A DNA stretch of 64,000 bases from Spartobacteria bacterium (GTDB lineage Bacteria; Verrucomicrobiota; Verrucomicrobiia; Chthoniobacterales; Chthoniobacteraceae). The DNA lies in NCBI GenBank assembly GCA_021324825.1, contig JAJPII010000029.1:15825-79824 (forward strand). Direction: 5' to 3'. Position 1 is the stretch's first letter. Every line of letters starts with the position of its first letter. A program made the position numbers and the translations under genes. The notes beneath the pieces are model-generated. The model searched no databases and had not been told where the DNA came from. It was given only the letters and a program-made list of their open reading frames with translations. Below are positions 35,274-44,574 of this stretch, in pieces.

Positions 35274-38200
35274 TTACTCCATGAGGAGAAAGTTCAAGTC
35301 CTCCAGCGTAAGCGTTTTCGCGAAGCCCTTGTCTCCGAGGACGGCGTCCACGAGCTGCTTCTTCTTTTCCTGGAGCACGCGGATTTTCTCCTCGATGCTT
35401 TCTTTCACCACCAGCCGGTAAGCGAAGACGTTCTGCGTCTGGCCTATGCGGTGCGTCCGGTCGATGGCTTGCGCTTCGACGGCCGGATTCCACCACGGGT
35501 CGTACAGGATGACGTATGGCGCGGAAGTGAGGTTGAGGCCCGCGCCCGCCGCTTTGAGCGAGAGCAGGAAGATCATCGGCCCCTGCGCTTCCTGGAACTT
35601 CTCGACCAGCGCGCCGCGTTTCTCCGTCTGGCCCGTGAGGTACAGGTATTCCCAATCGCGGGCGGCGAGTTCCTCGCGCAGGATGTCGAGCATCGTGACG
35701 AACTGGCTGAAAACCAGCGCCTTGCCGCCTTCCGCGCGGATTGTCTCCAGCAGGTCGAACAGCGCGCCCATCTTCGCGCTCTCCTCCTTGCGGTGGTCCG
35801 CATCCACCAGCGCGGGGTGGCAGCAAATCTGCCGCAGCCGGATGAGGCTTTGCAGGATGCTGAAGCGTTCCCGGTTCAATTCGCCCGCGGTCTTCACCCG
35901 CAACAACAGGGCGCGCGCCCGCTTCAACTCGGCGCCGTAGAGTTTCAATTGGAGGCCTTCCATCTCGCAACCGACGTCTTCCTCGATCCTGCTGGGAAGC
36001 TCTGGCGCCACCTGCTCTTTCGTCCGCCTCAAAAGGAAGGGCCGCAGCCGCGCGGAGAGCCGCATGCGGGTGAAGCCGTCCTCGCTCCTGTCGAATCGCT
36101 TCGAGAAGGAACGTCTGCCGCCGAGCACGCCGGGCATCGCGAACGCCATGAGGCTCCAGAGGTCCAGGAGACGGTTCTCGATGGGCGTGCCCGTCAGGAC
36201 GAGGCGGTGCTCGGACTTCAGTTCGCGGGCCATGCGCGCCGTCTGCGATTCCGGGTTCTTGATGTTCTGCCCTTCGTCGAGGATGACCGCCAGCCATGGG
36301 ATGCCCTCCAAGGCCGCGCCGACGATCCGCAACTGGGCGTAATTGACGACAAGGAGGTCGATCCCCGCGAGCATCTCCTCCGAGGGATTGGTTTCCGGCT
36401 TGGCGAGGCGGTGCAAGCGCAACGTGGGAGCAAACTTCTCCGCCTCCTTCATCCAGACATCCATGACGCTCTTCGGGCAGACCACGAGGCTCGGCTTGCG
36501 TTTCGCCGCGCCTTCCAGCAGCCACTGGAGCCAGGTGAGCGTTTGCAATGTTTTCCCCAGGCCCATGTCATCCGCCAGGATCCCGCCAAAGTGGTTCTCC
36601 GCCAGGTACGCTAGGAAGTGGAAGCCCTCCAGTTGATAGGGCCGCAGCCCGGCGGTGACGCTGGCGGGCGGCGCCGGGGTCGCGCGCGTCTTTATCCCGC
36701 GGGCGCGCTCGCAAATCTCCGCCCACGCCTTGGCGCCAAACTCCTTCTCCGCCGCGCCGTCCGCCAATTGCAGGACGTGGAGCCGTTGGGGTTCGCCGGA
36801 GAAATCGAGGGGATCGAGTCCGAGCCGCGAGAGGCGTTCGGCTTTTTCCTGGTCGAGATCGAAGTCGAGGCGCCGCCAGCCCTTCCCTTTCAGGCGGACG
36901 AAGCCGCCGCGCGCTTTCAGCAACAGGTCGAGTTCCTCGCGGGTGAAATCGAGATCGGGCGCGCGGAGGCGGACGCGGAGATCGAACCAATCGATCGCCC
37001 CCGGCTCGGCCTCGAACTCGACGGAGGCCTTGACGGCGGGCTGCAACAGCGTGGCCAGTTCGCCCCCGGCCAGCACCTCCATACCGCCGGGAATCGTCGC
37101 GGCCCACGCGACGAACTCCTCCGGGAAAGAGCGGTTGACCCGGCGCACCCATTTCTCCTGGCCGGCGTCGGGAACCAACCGGAGCGCTTGCAGCAGGCCG
37201 GGAACCGCCGCGAGGCTCTCGCGTTCCACCAGGAGGAGGTCATCCCCGTTCACCTGGGCGGCTTCCCAGCCGCCGCCGCGGTACTCCTCCACCAGTTCGC
37301 CGCCGGGGGAAGAGGCCCGCACTCTCATTTCGAAACGCTCCCGCTTCCCGAAGACATCGGCCTTCAACTGGCAGAGCAGGGAAACCCGCATCGGAAGCCG
37401 CCGCACCCGCCTTTCCATCGCCTCGGGCAGAGGAGAACCCGCGCGACGGAGAGCTTCGACCCCTTCCTGCGTTTCGAGCGCCTCCGCGGGCACGCTGTGG
37501 CTGAGACCGGTCTCGCCCGGAACGAACGGCCCCGGTCCGGGGTAAACGGCGTCCTCCGTCACGTAAAACCACGGGTTTCCGGGCAGGATGAGGACGTTCC
37601 CCTTCAAGAGACGGCCGGAAGCCGTGACCAGTTCCACCTCATAGCCGCCTTCGCGCCCTTCCGCGCGCCAGGCCAGCGGCTGCTCTTCCCGGTGAAACAC
37701 GTCCCCCACCCCGTTCACAAGAAAGGACCGCAGGGCGTCCTCGCGAAAAAGTTGGTGCAGCAAGCGGCGCTCAGCCTCCTGCTCGGGCCCGAGGTGGGCT
37801 TCGAACCAGGCGGGCGACATCTTCTCGAAGACCATCCAGATATAATTCGACGGACCGGTCAGGGGGAAGGAGCCGTCCCGCACCCCCTGTTGCAGCCGGC
37901 GCCAATCCGTCTGGCGCAGGCTCTTGTATCTCGCGGCGCCGGGGAGGCGCCATTCCAGCCGGGCCGCTTTGGCGGTGACAAGCATCCGAAGCGCGGTCTC
38001 CGCATCGAGCGGCGGGGCGGCGGCTTTCAGTCGGTCCTTCCATACTTCGATCTCGACCTCGCTCCTGAATTTCCCGACCTTCGCGCGCAATTCCTCCGAA
38101 TCGACGAACGGGTCGACGAAATTCAGCCGCGGCAGCTTCTTTTCCACGAAGCGCATCGCGATGTGGCCGCAGAAATCGCCGAAACTTTCGACGCCGGGCG

Positions 38201-38408
38201 GCGCCGAGAATGGCGGAATGTAAAAATGAAACGGGGGGACGGGAATCCTGAAGGAGAACTGCGCGGCTTGTTCGTGCCCATTCCGGCAATAGGCCTCGTA
38301 CGCGACGTACAGCTGGTCGACCATGCTGCGGTCGCCAGGCTTCACGGCGCGGCGCATCGCGGTATAAGCGTCCCTGGCTCCCTTGGTTCCGGCGGTAGAG
38401 AAGTTCAC
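35274..38408 (-). CDS. SNF2-family DEAD/DEAH helicase with a long N-terminal accessory region
   Basis: 1044 aa. Motifs LADDMGLGKTLQTL (motif I), ILDEGQNIKNP (DExx), the helicase-C block KALVFSQF...LSLKAGGAGLNLT, and QAIDRTHRIGQ. Confidence 0.9.
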   Translation of the reverse strand: MNFSTAGTKGARDAYTAMRRAVKPGDRSMVDQLYVAYEAYCRNGHEQAAQFSFRIPVPPFHFYIPPFSAPPGVESFGDFCGHIAMRFVEKKLPRLNFVDPFVDSEELRAKVGKFRSEVEIEVWKDRLKAAAPPLDAETALRMLVTAKAARLEWRLPGAARYKSLRQTDWRRLQQGVRDGSFPLTGPSNYIWMVFEKMSPAWFEAHLGPEQEAERRLLHQLFREDALRSFLVNGVGDVFHREEQPLAWRAEGREGGYEVELVTASGRLLKGNVLILPGNPWFYVTEDAVYPGPGPFVPGETGLSHSVPAEALETQEGVEALRRAGSPLPEAMERRVRRLPMRVSLLCQLKADVFGKRERFEMRVRASSPGGELVEEYRGGGWEAAQVNGDDLLLVERESLAAVPGLLQALRLVPDAGQEKWVRRVNRSFPEEFVAWAATIPGGMEVLAGGELATLLQPAVKASVEFEAEPGAIDWFDLRVRLRAPDLDFTREELDLLLKARGGFVRLKGKGWRRLDFDLDQEKAERLSRLGLDPLDFSGEPQRLHVLQLADGAAEKEFGAKAWAEICERARGIKTRATPAPPASVTAGLRPYQLEGFHFLAYLAENHFGGILADDMGLGKTLQTLTWLQWLLEGAAKRKPSLVVCPKSVMDVWMKEAEKFAPTLRLHRLAKPETNPSEEMLAGIDLLVVNYAQLRIVGAALEGIPWLAVILDEGQNIKNPESQTARMARELKSEHRLVLTGTPIENRLLDLWSLMAFAMPGVLGGRRSFSKRFDRSEDGFTRMRLSARLRPFLLRRTKEQVAPELPSRIEEDVGCEMEGLQLKLYGAELKRARALLLRVKTAGELNRERFSILQSLIRLRQICCHPALVDADHRKEESAKMGALFDLLETIRAEGGKALVFSQFVTMLDILREELAARDWEYLYLTGQTEKRGALVEKFQEAQGPMIFLLSLKAAGAGLNLTSAPYVILYDPWWNPAVEAQAIDRTHRIGQTQNVFAYRLVVKESIEEKIRVLQEKKKQLVDAVLGDKGFAKTLTLEDLNFLLME

Positions 38409-38513
38409 CTCAAAGAGGGGAACCTACGCCCCAGTATGGCAGGGACGCAAACGCGGGCGGCAATTTATAGAGCGAGTCCTGCACCGTTCGCCCTGAAGCG
38501 GCGTCGTCCGTTG

Positions 38514-38542
38514 TTGTAGAAGCGGTTGTCCCAGCCGCCTGG
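38514..38542. repeat. Degenerate REP unit
   Basis: tgtagaagcggttgtcccagccgcctgg has 3 mismatches to the consensus. It lies in the helicase/LysR intergenic region, at the left edge of the lower-GC block. Confidence 0.6.
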
Positions 38543-38803
38543 GGAGCGGAAGGCAAACGCCAAAGCGCCAAGCCCGTTCCGGGTCTCTTAATTAAGGCTG
38601 CGGTGATGGCAATAGTCCGCTCGGTCGGGAATGGAACCGAATGAGCAGGTTGAGAAGGTTTTGGCCGAGGAATCGGAACCTTTTGAGGTTCGTGCTCAAA
38701 AATTGCGCCGCGCAGCATTGGAGGACGCCGCGCAAGGATTCGTTTTCAAAAGCCTGCCGTGCCTCTCGCCCGTTTACTCAAGCCCCATCAAGACTGCCGA
38801 CCT

Positions 38804-39742
38804 TTATCCACTCTTATTCGCTTGCGCGGCAAAGGTTTCCGATACGGACTTGCAAAGGCCGACAAAGGTTTCATCGAGCAAACTCAGCTTTCGGCTTCTC
38901 CAGTGCAAAATTCCCCACTGCCTCCGCAACTTTCTTTTTCCCAATGGCAGAGCGACGAGCGACCGCTGCGCGAGTTCGTTTTTGGCGATCCATGGAGCGA
39001 AAATGCTGACCCCGAGACCGGCTTTCACAAGCTCTTTGATCGCCTCCATGCTGCCCAATTCGATGGAGGTGTGAAGGGCGATGCCTGCGGCAGCGAAGTA
39101 GCGATCTATCATTCGGAATGTGAAGCTCGCCTTGTCATAAAGGATGTAATTTTGCCGCGCGATCTCGGCCTGGACCACTTTGCCCGCCTTCACCCAGGGA
39201 TGCAGCGGGCTGACGATGAATCGCAATTCATCGGTGAAAAGCGGGCGAAAGTGGAACTGCGGTTCGTGCTTCGGCTGAAGGCTGATGGCGAAGTCGATCT
39301 GGTTGGCGCGCAGCAATTCGAGCGTCTCGGGACCGTCTCCGGGCTGGATGGTGATGACGCATTGCGGATAGCTTTCCTTAAACTCACGAAGGACCGCGGG
39401 AATCAAGTGCTGGCACGCCGTGGTGCTCGCGCCGAAGCGCAGATGGCCGTGCCCCCATTTCCCCAGGTGTTCGATCTCTTCGCGCATGAGCCGCATCTCA
39501 TTCACTACTCTTTTGGCGCGGACGAGAAGCGCTTCACCGGCCTCGGTGAGTGTAACTTTTTTGCCAGTCCTGTCTAAAAGGCGACAACCGACGTCGCTTT
39601 CCAAGGCCTTCATCGCGTGGCTGACCGCGGATTGCGTCACGGAAAGCGCCCGCGCGGCACCGGTAAAACTGCCGCTGCTGGCGAGGGCGCAGAACGCGCG
39701 AAGCTGTCTGGAATCCAGTGGAATGCTCACTATTAATAGCAT
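38804..39742 (-). CDS. LysR-family transcriptional regulator
   Basis: 312 aa. N-terminal HTH LRAFCALASSGSFTGAARALSVTQSAVSHAMKALE and a typical LysR substrate-binding domain. An alternative GTG start at 39730 (VSIPLDSRQLRAF) is possible. It is divergent from the nitrate array. Confidence 0.85.
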   Translation of the reverse strand: MLLIVSIPLDSRQLRAFCALASSGSFTGAARALSVTQSAVSHAMKALESDVGCRLLDRTGKKVTLTEAGEALLVRAKRVVNEMRLMREEIEHLGKWGHGHLRFGASTTACQHLIPAVLREFKESYPQCVITIQPGDGPETLELLRANQIDFAISLQPKHEPQFHFRPLFTDELRFIVSPLHPWVKAGKVVQAEIARQNYILYDKASFTFRMIDRYFAAAGIALHTSIELGSMEAIKELVKAGLGVSIFAPWIAKNELAQRSLVALPLGKRKLRRQWGILHWRSRKLSLLDETFVGLCKSVSETFAAQANKSG

Positions 39743-39760
39743 TCATAGTTGATATTAATA
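39731..39760. promoter_or_regulatory. Two palindromic TATTAATA boxes in the divergent LysR/nitrate-array control region
   Basis: TATTAATA at 39731-39738 and at 39753-39760, 22 bp centre to centre. Located at the extreme 5' end of, or just upstream of, the LysR gene. Confidence 0.4.
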
Positions 39761-39841
39761 ACTTTCGCAACGTTCATGGCGGCCTTTGGGCGCAGGTGGC
39801 ATGGCCCTAGCTTATTGCGCCGGAAACAGTTTATCCGGCCC

Positions 39842-40900
39842 ATGATCAAAAAACCGCTTTCTCAATTTACGCAGGCTGGCGGGCTATTGCGCATCGGCTT
39901 CGTTCCTTTGAACGACTGCGCCCCCCTGGTCATGGCGCAGGAGTTGAAGCTGTTTCTCAAATACGGTTTGCAAGTCGAACTCATCCGCGAAGTTGGCTGG
40001 GCCACGATCCGCGACAAGATTATCTACGGAGAACTCGAAGCGGCACACGCCGTCGCAGGCCTGGTTTATGCATGTAATTTAGGACTCGGCTGCATTCAGA
40101 AAGATTGTCTGACCGCGCTGGTCCTAAACTTGCACGGAAACGCCATCACGCTTTCGGGGAGACTGCGCGCGCGCGGTGTAAGGGATGCGGCGACTCTGAA
40201 CGTGGAAGTGCAGCGAACGAGAGGGAGCCGCACGTTAACATTCGGCGTCGCTTCACAGGTTTCCTCGCATCCAGTTTTGATGCGCCGCTGGCTGCTCACG
40301 GGCGGCATCAATCCCGACAAAGACGTGCGCATCGTCGTTGTTCCGCCGCCGCAGATGTTCTGGAATCTCAAGGGTGGCCACATCGACGGTTACTGCGTCG
40401 GCGAGCCGTGGAATTCCGTCGCGGTCATGCGCGACGTAGGTTGGTGCGTGGCGACGAGCGAAGAACTCGCTCCGCTGCATCCGGAGAAGATTTTATTGGT
40501 GCAAAAGCGCTTTGCCGAAACAAGGGAGGCGGAACATCTCGCGCTGATCGCCGCGATACTCGAAGCGTGCGCGTTTTGTGATCGCCCGGAAAATCGCGAG
40601 CGCATCGTGGAAATGCTTGCGCAGCCCCAATACGTGGGAGCGCCGATTGAATCGCTGCGGATGAGCATGATGGGGCGGTTTCATTTCAGCCGCAGCCGAA
40701 TCGAGAAAATGCCAAACTTCAATGTTTTCGCCCGCCTCGATGCGAACACGCCCACTATCGAGAAAGCGGAGTGGATCTTGAGCGAACTGCTCGCCAGCGG
40801 AGTCCTCATCGATCCCCTCGTTCCGCCAAACGCGGCTCGCAAAGCTTTTCGCAATGACATTTTTCAACAAGCCACCCAGTTGATGCAATCAAACACCTAA
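39842..40900 (+). CDS. NrtA/NasS-like nitrate/nitrite-binding protein without a signal peptide
   Basis: ORF 39749..40900. The ATG at 39842 (MIKKPLSQF) is preferred. LRIGFVPLNDCAPLVMAQE...GYCVGEPWNS is typical of the NMT1/NrtA periplasmic-binding fold. No hydrophobic leader is present. Confidence 0.6.
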   Translation: MIKKPLSQFTQAGGLLRIGFVPLNDCAPLVMAQELKLFLKYGLQVELIREVGWATIRDKIIYGELEAAHAVAGLVYACNLGLGCIQKDCLTALVLNLHGNAITLSGRLRARGVRDAATLNVEVQRTRGSRTLTFGVASQVSSHPVLMRRWLLTGGINPDKDVRIVVVPPPQMFWNLKGGHIDGYCVGEPWNSVAVMRDVGWCVATSEELAPLHPEKILLVQKRFAETREAEHLALIAAILEACAFCDRPENRERIVEMLAQPQYVGAPIESLRMSMMGRFHFSRSRIEKMPNFNVFARLDANTPTIEKAEWILSELLASGVLIDPLVPPNAARKAFRNDIFQQATQLMQSNT

Positions 40901-42106
40901 ATGAAAATCAGCGACCTCAAAAAATCCGGCCATTGGCCTACCTTACTCACTGCGTTCCTGTACTTCGATTTCAGCTTCACGGCGTGGACGCTGCTCGGCC
41001 CGCTCGGCGTGCAAATCGGCGAGGCGTTGCATCTTTCGGCGCAGCAAAAGGGACTTATGGTCGCGGTTCCCATTCTATCCGGCGCGGCACTCCGTATCCT
41101 CCTCGGTCTGCTCGTGGACCGTATAGGAGCCAAAAATGCGGGCGTCATAGCGCAGATCGTTGTCATTTGCGGACTCGCGGCCGCTTGGCTGATCGGTCTA
41201 AAAAACTTCGAGGCCACACTGCTTATGGGTGCGGTGCTCGGCTTTGCGGGTGCGAGCTTTGCGGTTGCGCTGCCGCAAGCCGGCCGCTGGTATCCTCCGA
41301 ATATGCAAGGGGTGGTCATGGGCCTCGCTGGGGCGGGGAATGTTGGCACCGTTCTTGACGCGCTCTTCGCTCCGCGCATCGCGGCTGCTTACGGCTGGCG
41401 CAACGTCTTCGGCCTCGCCCTCATCCCCGCGGTGCTTGTGCTTCTCGTTTATGTGATCTTCTCGCGTGAAGCGCCGGTCGATGTGAAGAAGAAGAACCTT
41501 GGCGACTATCTGAATCTGCTCCGGCAGACCGATGCGCATTGGTTTTGCTTCTACTACACGGTGAGTTTCGGCGGCTTCGTCGGCCTCGCCAGTTCCTATG
41601 TCCTTTATTTTAAGAGCGAGTTCGGTTTGCCGGCCGTACACGCGGGTGATTTCGCCGCTATCTGCACCGCGAGCGGCGCGTTGCTGCGGCCTGTCGGCGG
41701 CGCGGTCGCGGATCGCATCGGCGGCATCCGCGCGCTCTATCGCCTTTACATCACGGCCGCCCTGGCCTTGGTCGCGGCAGGGTTTGCGCACAGCTTATAT
41801 CTGAACCTCGCTATCCTGCTCGTCGCTTCCGGCGCGCTCGGCATGGCGAATGGCGCTGTGTTTCAACTTCTCCCTCAGCGCTTCGGCAAGGACATCGGCG
41901 TGATGACCGGCCTGGTTGGCGCGGGCGGCGGCGTCGGCGGGTTCTATCTCGCGAGTTCGCTTGGTCTTTCCAAAGGCCTCACCAACTCCTATTTCACCGG
42001 CTTCCTGATCTTCGCGGGCCTCTGCGTGCTCGCGGTGCTGGGCCTCACCCTCGTGAAAACCCGCTGGCGCACGACCTGGGGCGCGCTCGCGCAAGCCCGC
42101 ATCTGA
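40901..42106 (+). CDS. narK: MFS nitrate/nitrite transporter (NarK/NasA family)
   Basis: 401 aa with about 12 TM helices. Motifs FDFSFTAWTLLGPLGV, GLLVDRIGAKNAG and GAGNVGT match the NNP family. The start abuts the upstream stop. Confidence 0.85.
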   Translation: MKISDLKKSGHWPTLLTAFLYFDFSFTAWTLLGPLGVQIGEALHLSAQQKGLMVAVPILSGAALRILLGLLVDRIGAKNAGVIAQIVVICGLAAAWLIGLKNFEATLLMGAVLGFAGASFAVALPQAGRWYPPNMQGVVMGLAGAGNVGTVLDALFAPRIAAAYGWRNVFGLALIPAVLVLLVYVIFSREAPVDVKKKNLGDYLNLLRQTDAHWFCFYYTVSFGGFVGLASSYVLYFKSEFGLPAVHAGDFAAICTASGALLRPVGGAVADRIGGIRALYRLYITAALALVAAGFAHSLYLNLAILLVASGALGMANGAVFQLLPQRFGKDIGVMTGLVGAGGGVGGFYLASSLGLSKGLTNSYFTGFLIFAGLCVLAVLGLTLVKTRWRTTWGALAQARI

Positions 42107-42107
42107 T

Positions 42108-43766
42108 TTGCTAACTTTGAAAGTCAACGTCACCAGCTTCGGCATGCCACGTTCACAACAAGCAGTTTCGCACGATGCCTTCGCCGTGCAGGCGCGAGAT
42201 GAAACGGTAATCGCCGTTCTCGCGGATGGCGCGGGCGAGGCGAATGAAGCGGGCGAGGCATCGCAAAAAATCGTGCAAGCGCTGATGACGAATTACCCCG
42301 CGCGTCCCGGGACATGGCCGCCGCAAAGAGCGCTCGCGGAATTCACAAAGCTCATCAATCGCACGCTGTATCACGACTCGATCGCGCGCTTCGGCGCTCC
42401 CGAGTTGGTCTCGACGCTGTCTGTCGCGGTGATCGAGGGCGATAAGCTTTATGGGCTGAACGTGGGCGACTCGCGCGTGTATCTCGCGCGCGGCGGCGAG
42501 CTTTCTCAGCTCTCCGCGGATCACGTTGCGGGCGGAAGCGGATACCGGCATATCCTGAACCGTGCAATCGGCCTCGCGCCCGAGGTTGAGCCGCATTGCT
42601 TTGAAATGGATCTCGCTGACGGCGACGTAGCGCTGCTTTGCTCCGACGGTATCTCGAATGTGCTGGACGACGCACTGCTCAAAACCAAGCTGGATCGCCG
42701 TTGCGCTGCCCGCGTGATCGTTTCCACCGCTTGCGAGAAAGCTACGCCCGAAACGCTCGATGACATGAGCGCCATCGTGCTCGACATTGCGGAAACGGGG
42801 AAACTGAAAGCTGTGAGCGAACTGCCGCTCTCCATTCCGTCGTCTTTAAGAAAGGGCGATGTCATCGATGGCTTTACCCTGCTGAAGTCTTTCCAGCAGA
42901 GCGACCGCGTCTGGCTCGCTGCGCGAGGCGGGCAACGCTTCACACTGAAATTTGCGCCGATCGAAGCGCTCGACAACGAGGCGGTGCTCAATCAATTCGT
43001 GAAAGAAACATGGAATGCCACGCGTCTCGACGCCGACTTTTTCGTGAAAGCGTTCATCCCGGAAGATGTTACGGTGCGCTGTTACGCGATGGAGTTCATC
43101 GAAGCGCCAAGCTTGAAGATGCTTCTGCGTTCGCGTCGCCTCGCTGTCGATGAAGGCGTCGCGCTCGGCAAGTTCTTGCTCAACGCAGCTCAATATCTGC
43201 TGCGGTTCGATCTTGTTCACGGCGACATCAAGCCGGAAAATATCCTCGTCCTCAGCGGTTACGATTCCGTGCTTTTCAAGCTCGTGGATTTCGGCAGCGC
43301 CACGGAAATTTTTTCGACCACCACGCGCGCGGGAACCGCGAGCTACCTTGCTCCCGAGCGATTTCACGAGGCTCCGATCGCGGAGCGGACCGAAGTTTTC
43401 GCTATTGGCGTGACGCTGTTTGAAGCGCTTACAAAGACCTTTCCCTACGGCGAAATCGAGCGTTTTCAGACCCCGCACTTCCACGCTCCGAAACGGACGG
43501 CGACGCTGAACGCTAATATCCCGCCCTGGCTCGATGCGGTGCTTTTACGCGCGGTATGCGCCAATCCGCGGTTGCGCTACCAGAACTATTCGGAGTTCCT
43601 CTTCGATCTTGAACATCCCGACAAAGTCGCGCCGTTTCATTATGCCGGTTCGACGTGGATCGAGCGCAACCCGCTTCGCTTCTACAAAACAGCCTTTTTC
43701 ATCGCGCTCGGGATCGTGATCTACCTTGCGATTAAACTGCTGAGCGCGGGCGCACGTTTTCCCTGA
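42108..43766 (+). CDS. PP2C phosphatase / Ser-Thr protein kinase fusion with a C-terminal TM helix
   Basis: 552 aa with a TTG start at 42108 (alternative ATG at 42144). PP2C-like N-terminal half (VLADGAGE...GDSRVY...CSDGISN). Kinase half (HGDIKPENIL, DFG, APE). C-terminal FFIALGIVIYLAIKLL is a TM helix. Confidence 0.8.
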   Translation: MLTLKVNVTSFGMPRSQQAVSHDAFAVQARDETVIAVLADGAGEANEAGEASQKIVQALMTNYPARPGTWPPQRALAEFTKLINRTLYHDSIARFGAPELVSTLSVAVIEGDKLYGLNVGDSRVYLARGGELSQLSADHVAGGSGYRHILNRAIGLAPEVEPHCFEMDLADGDVALLCSDGISNVLDDALLKTKLDRRCAARVIVSTACEKATPETLDDMSAIVLDIAETGKLKAVSELPLSIPSSLRKGDVIDGFTLLKSFQQSDRVWLAARGGQRFTLKFAPIEALDNEAVLNQFVKETWNATRLDADFFVKAFIPEDVTVRCYAMEFIEAPSLKMLLRSRRLAVDEGVALGKFLLNAAQYLLRFDLVHGDIKPENILVLSGYDSVLFKLVDFGSATEIFSTTTRAGTASYLAPERFHEAPIAERTEVFAIGVTLFEALTKTFPYGEIERFQTPHFHAPKRTATLNANIPPWLDAVLLRAVCANPRLRYQNYSEFLFDLEHPDKVAPFHYAGSTWIERNPLRFYKTAFFIALGIVIYLAIKLLSAGARFP

Positions 43767-43794
43767 CTCTCCTCAACCAACAAAACCAACAACC

Positions 43795-44529
43795 ATGAAA
43801 GAAAGAACCATGACCAACCTGGCCGCAAAGCCAAAAAAAATCCGAGGGTTGCTTGCGGCAACCCTCCTTATCGCCACGATTCCATCTGCCTTTTGCGGGG
43901 ACGCGACGGACGTGTCGAAATCTGTAAACACAACCAATCTACTCCAAGAGGCGGCGGCTGCAAATCCGCTCTGCTTCTTGGACGGCCAACTCTGCTTCGA
44001 CCTGCAGGAGCGGGTGAGGTTCGAAATACGCGAAGATAATTACAGCTTCAACGACAGCGTCACGTCGCCCAACGACGGCTCGTGGCTGCTCCAGCGATTT
44101 CGCATCGGAGCCGTTCTTAAGCCGGTGGATTGGTTGACCGTTTACGCGCAGGGACAGGACTCGCCGGAAGCAGGCTCCGCACGGGCGAAGATTCCGGGCG
44201 CGCTCGGCGCGGAAGGCAATGATCCTCCAATCTGCGCCAGGCCTACATCGAGCTGGGGAACTACAAACTGTTTCCGGTCACTCTGAAAGTGGGCCGGCAG
44301 ATCCTCAGCTATGGCGATGAGCGGCTCGTCGGCGCCTTCGATTGGAACAACTTTGAGCGCACATTCGACGTGGTGAAGCTGCGCCTGGAGCAGCCAAATT
44401 GGTCCCTGGATGCGTTCACTTCAACTTCCAGGCCGGTTACAGCCATTCTTCGCGGGGGACTACCTGCGCGACACGGGACCGCACAGCGATGCGGATTTCG
44501 GCTACGTGATGGCCACGGTGAACTTCTAA
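43795..44529 (+). pseudogene. Decayed alginate-export-family outer-membrane porin gene
   Basis: Signal peptide plus first strands run in frame 1 to about 44220. LRQAYIELGNYKLFPVTLKVGRQILSYGDERLVGAFDWNNFERTFD is in a second frame. HFNFQAGYS and then FFAGDYLRDTGPHSDADFGYVMATVNF* (a typical beta-barrel C-terminal Phe) are in two further frames. The total of ~245 codons compares with >400 expected. Confidence 0.6.
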
Positions 44530-44574
44530 CGATGAGCTGAAACCCAAACCGACCGCGGCACAATCCGCGTTTTG

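Noticed and set aside
35274-38408. SNF2 helicase as part of a DISARM-, Zorya- or BREX-like defence island.
   Set aside because: No methyltransferase, PLD nuclease, DUF1998 or other defence partners are adjacent. The neighbours are a protease and a glycosidase.
36618-38519. 633-aa plus-strand ORF (also 35451..36614), antisense to the SNF2 helicase gene.
   Set aside because: No motifs and a biased composition. The helicase frame has all the SNF2 motifs.
43795-44540. Two adjacent ORFs (163 aa and 83 aa) read as separate small genes.
   Set aside because: Read across frames, they reconstruct the N-terminal and C-terminal parts of one alginate-export-type porin. They are annotated as a single pseudogene instead.
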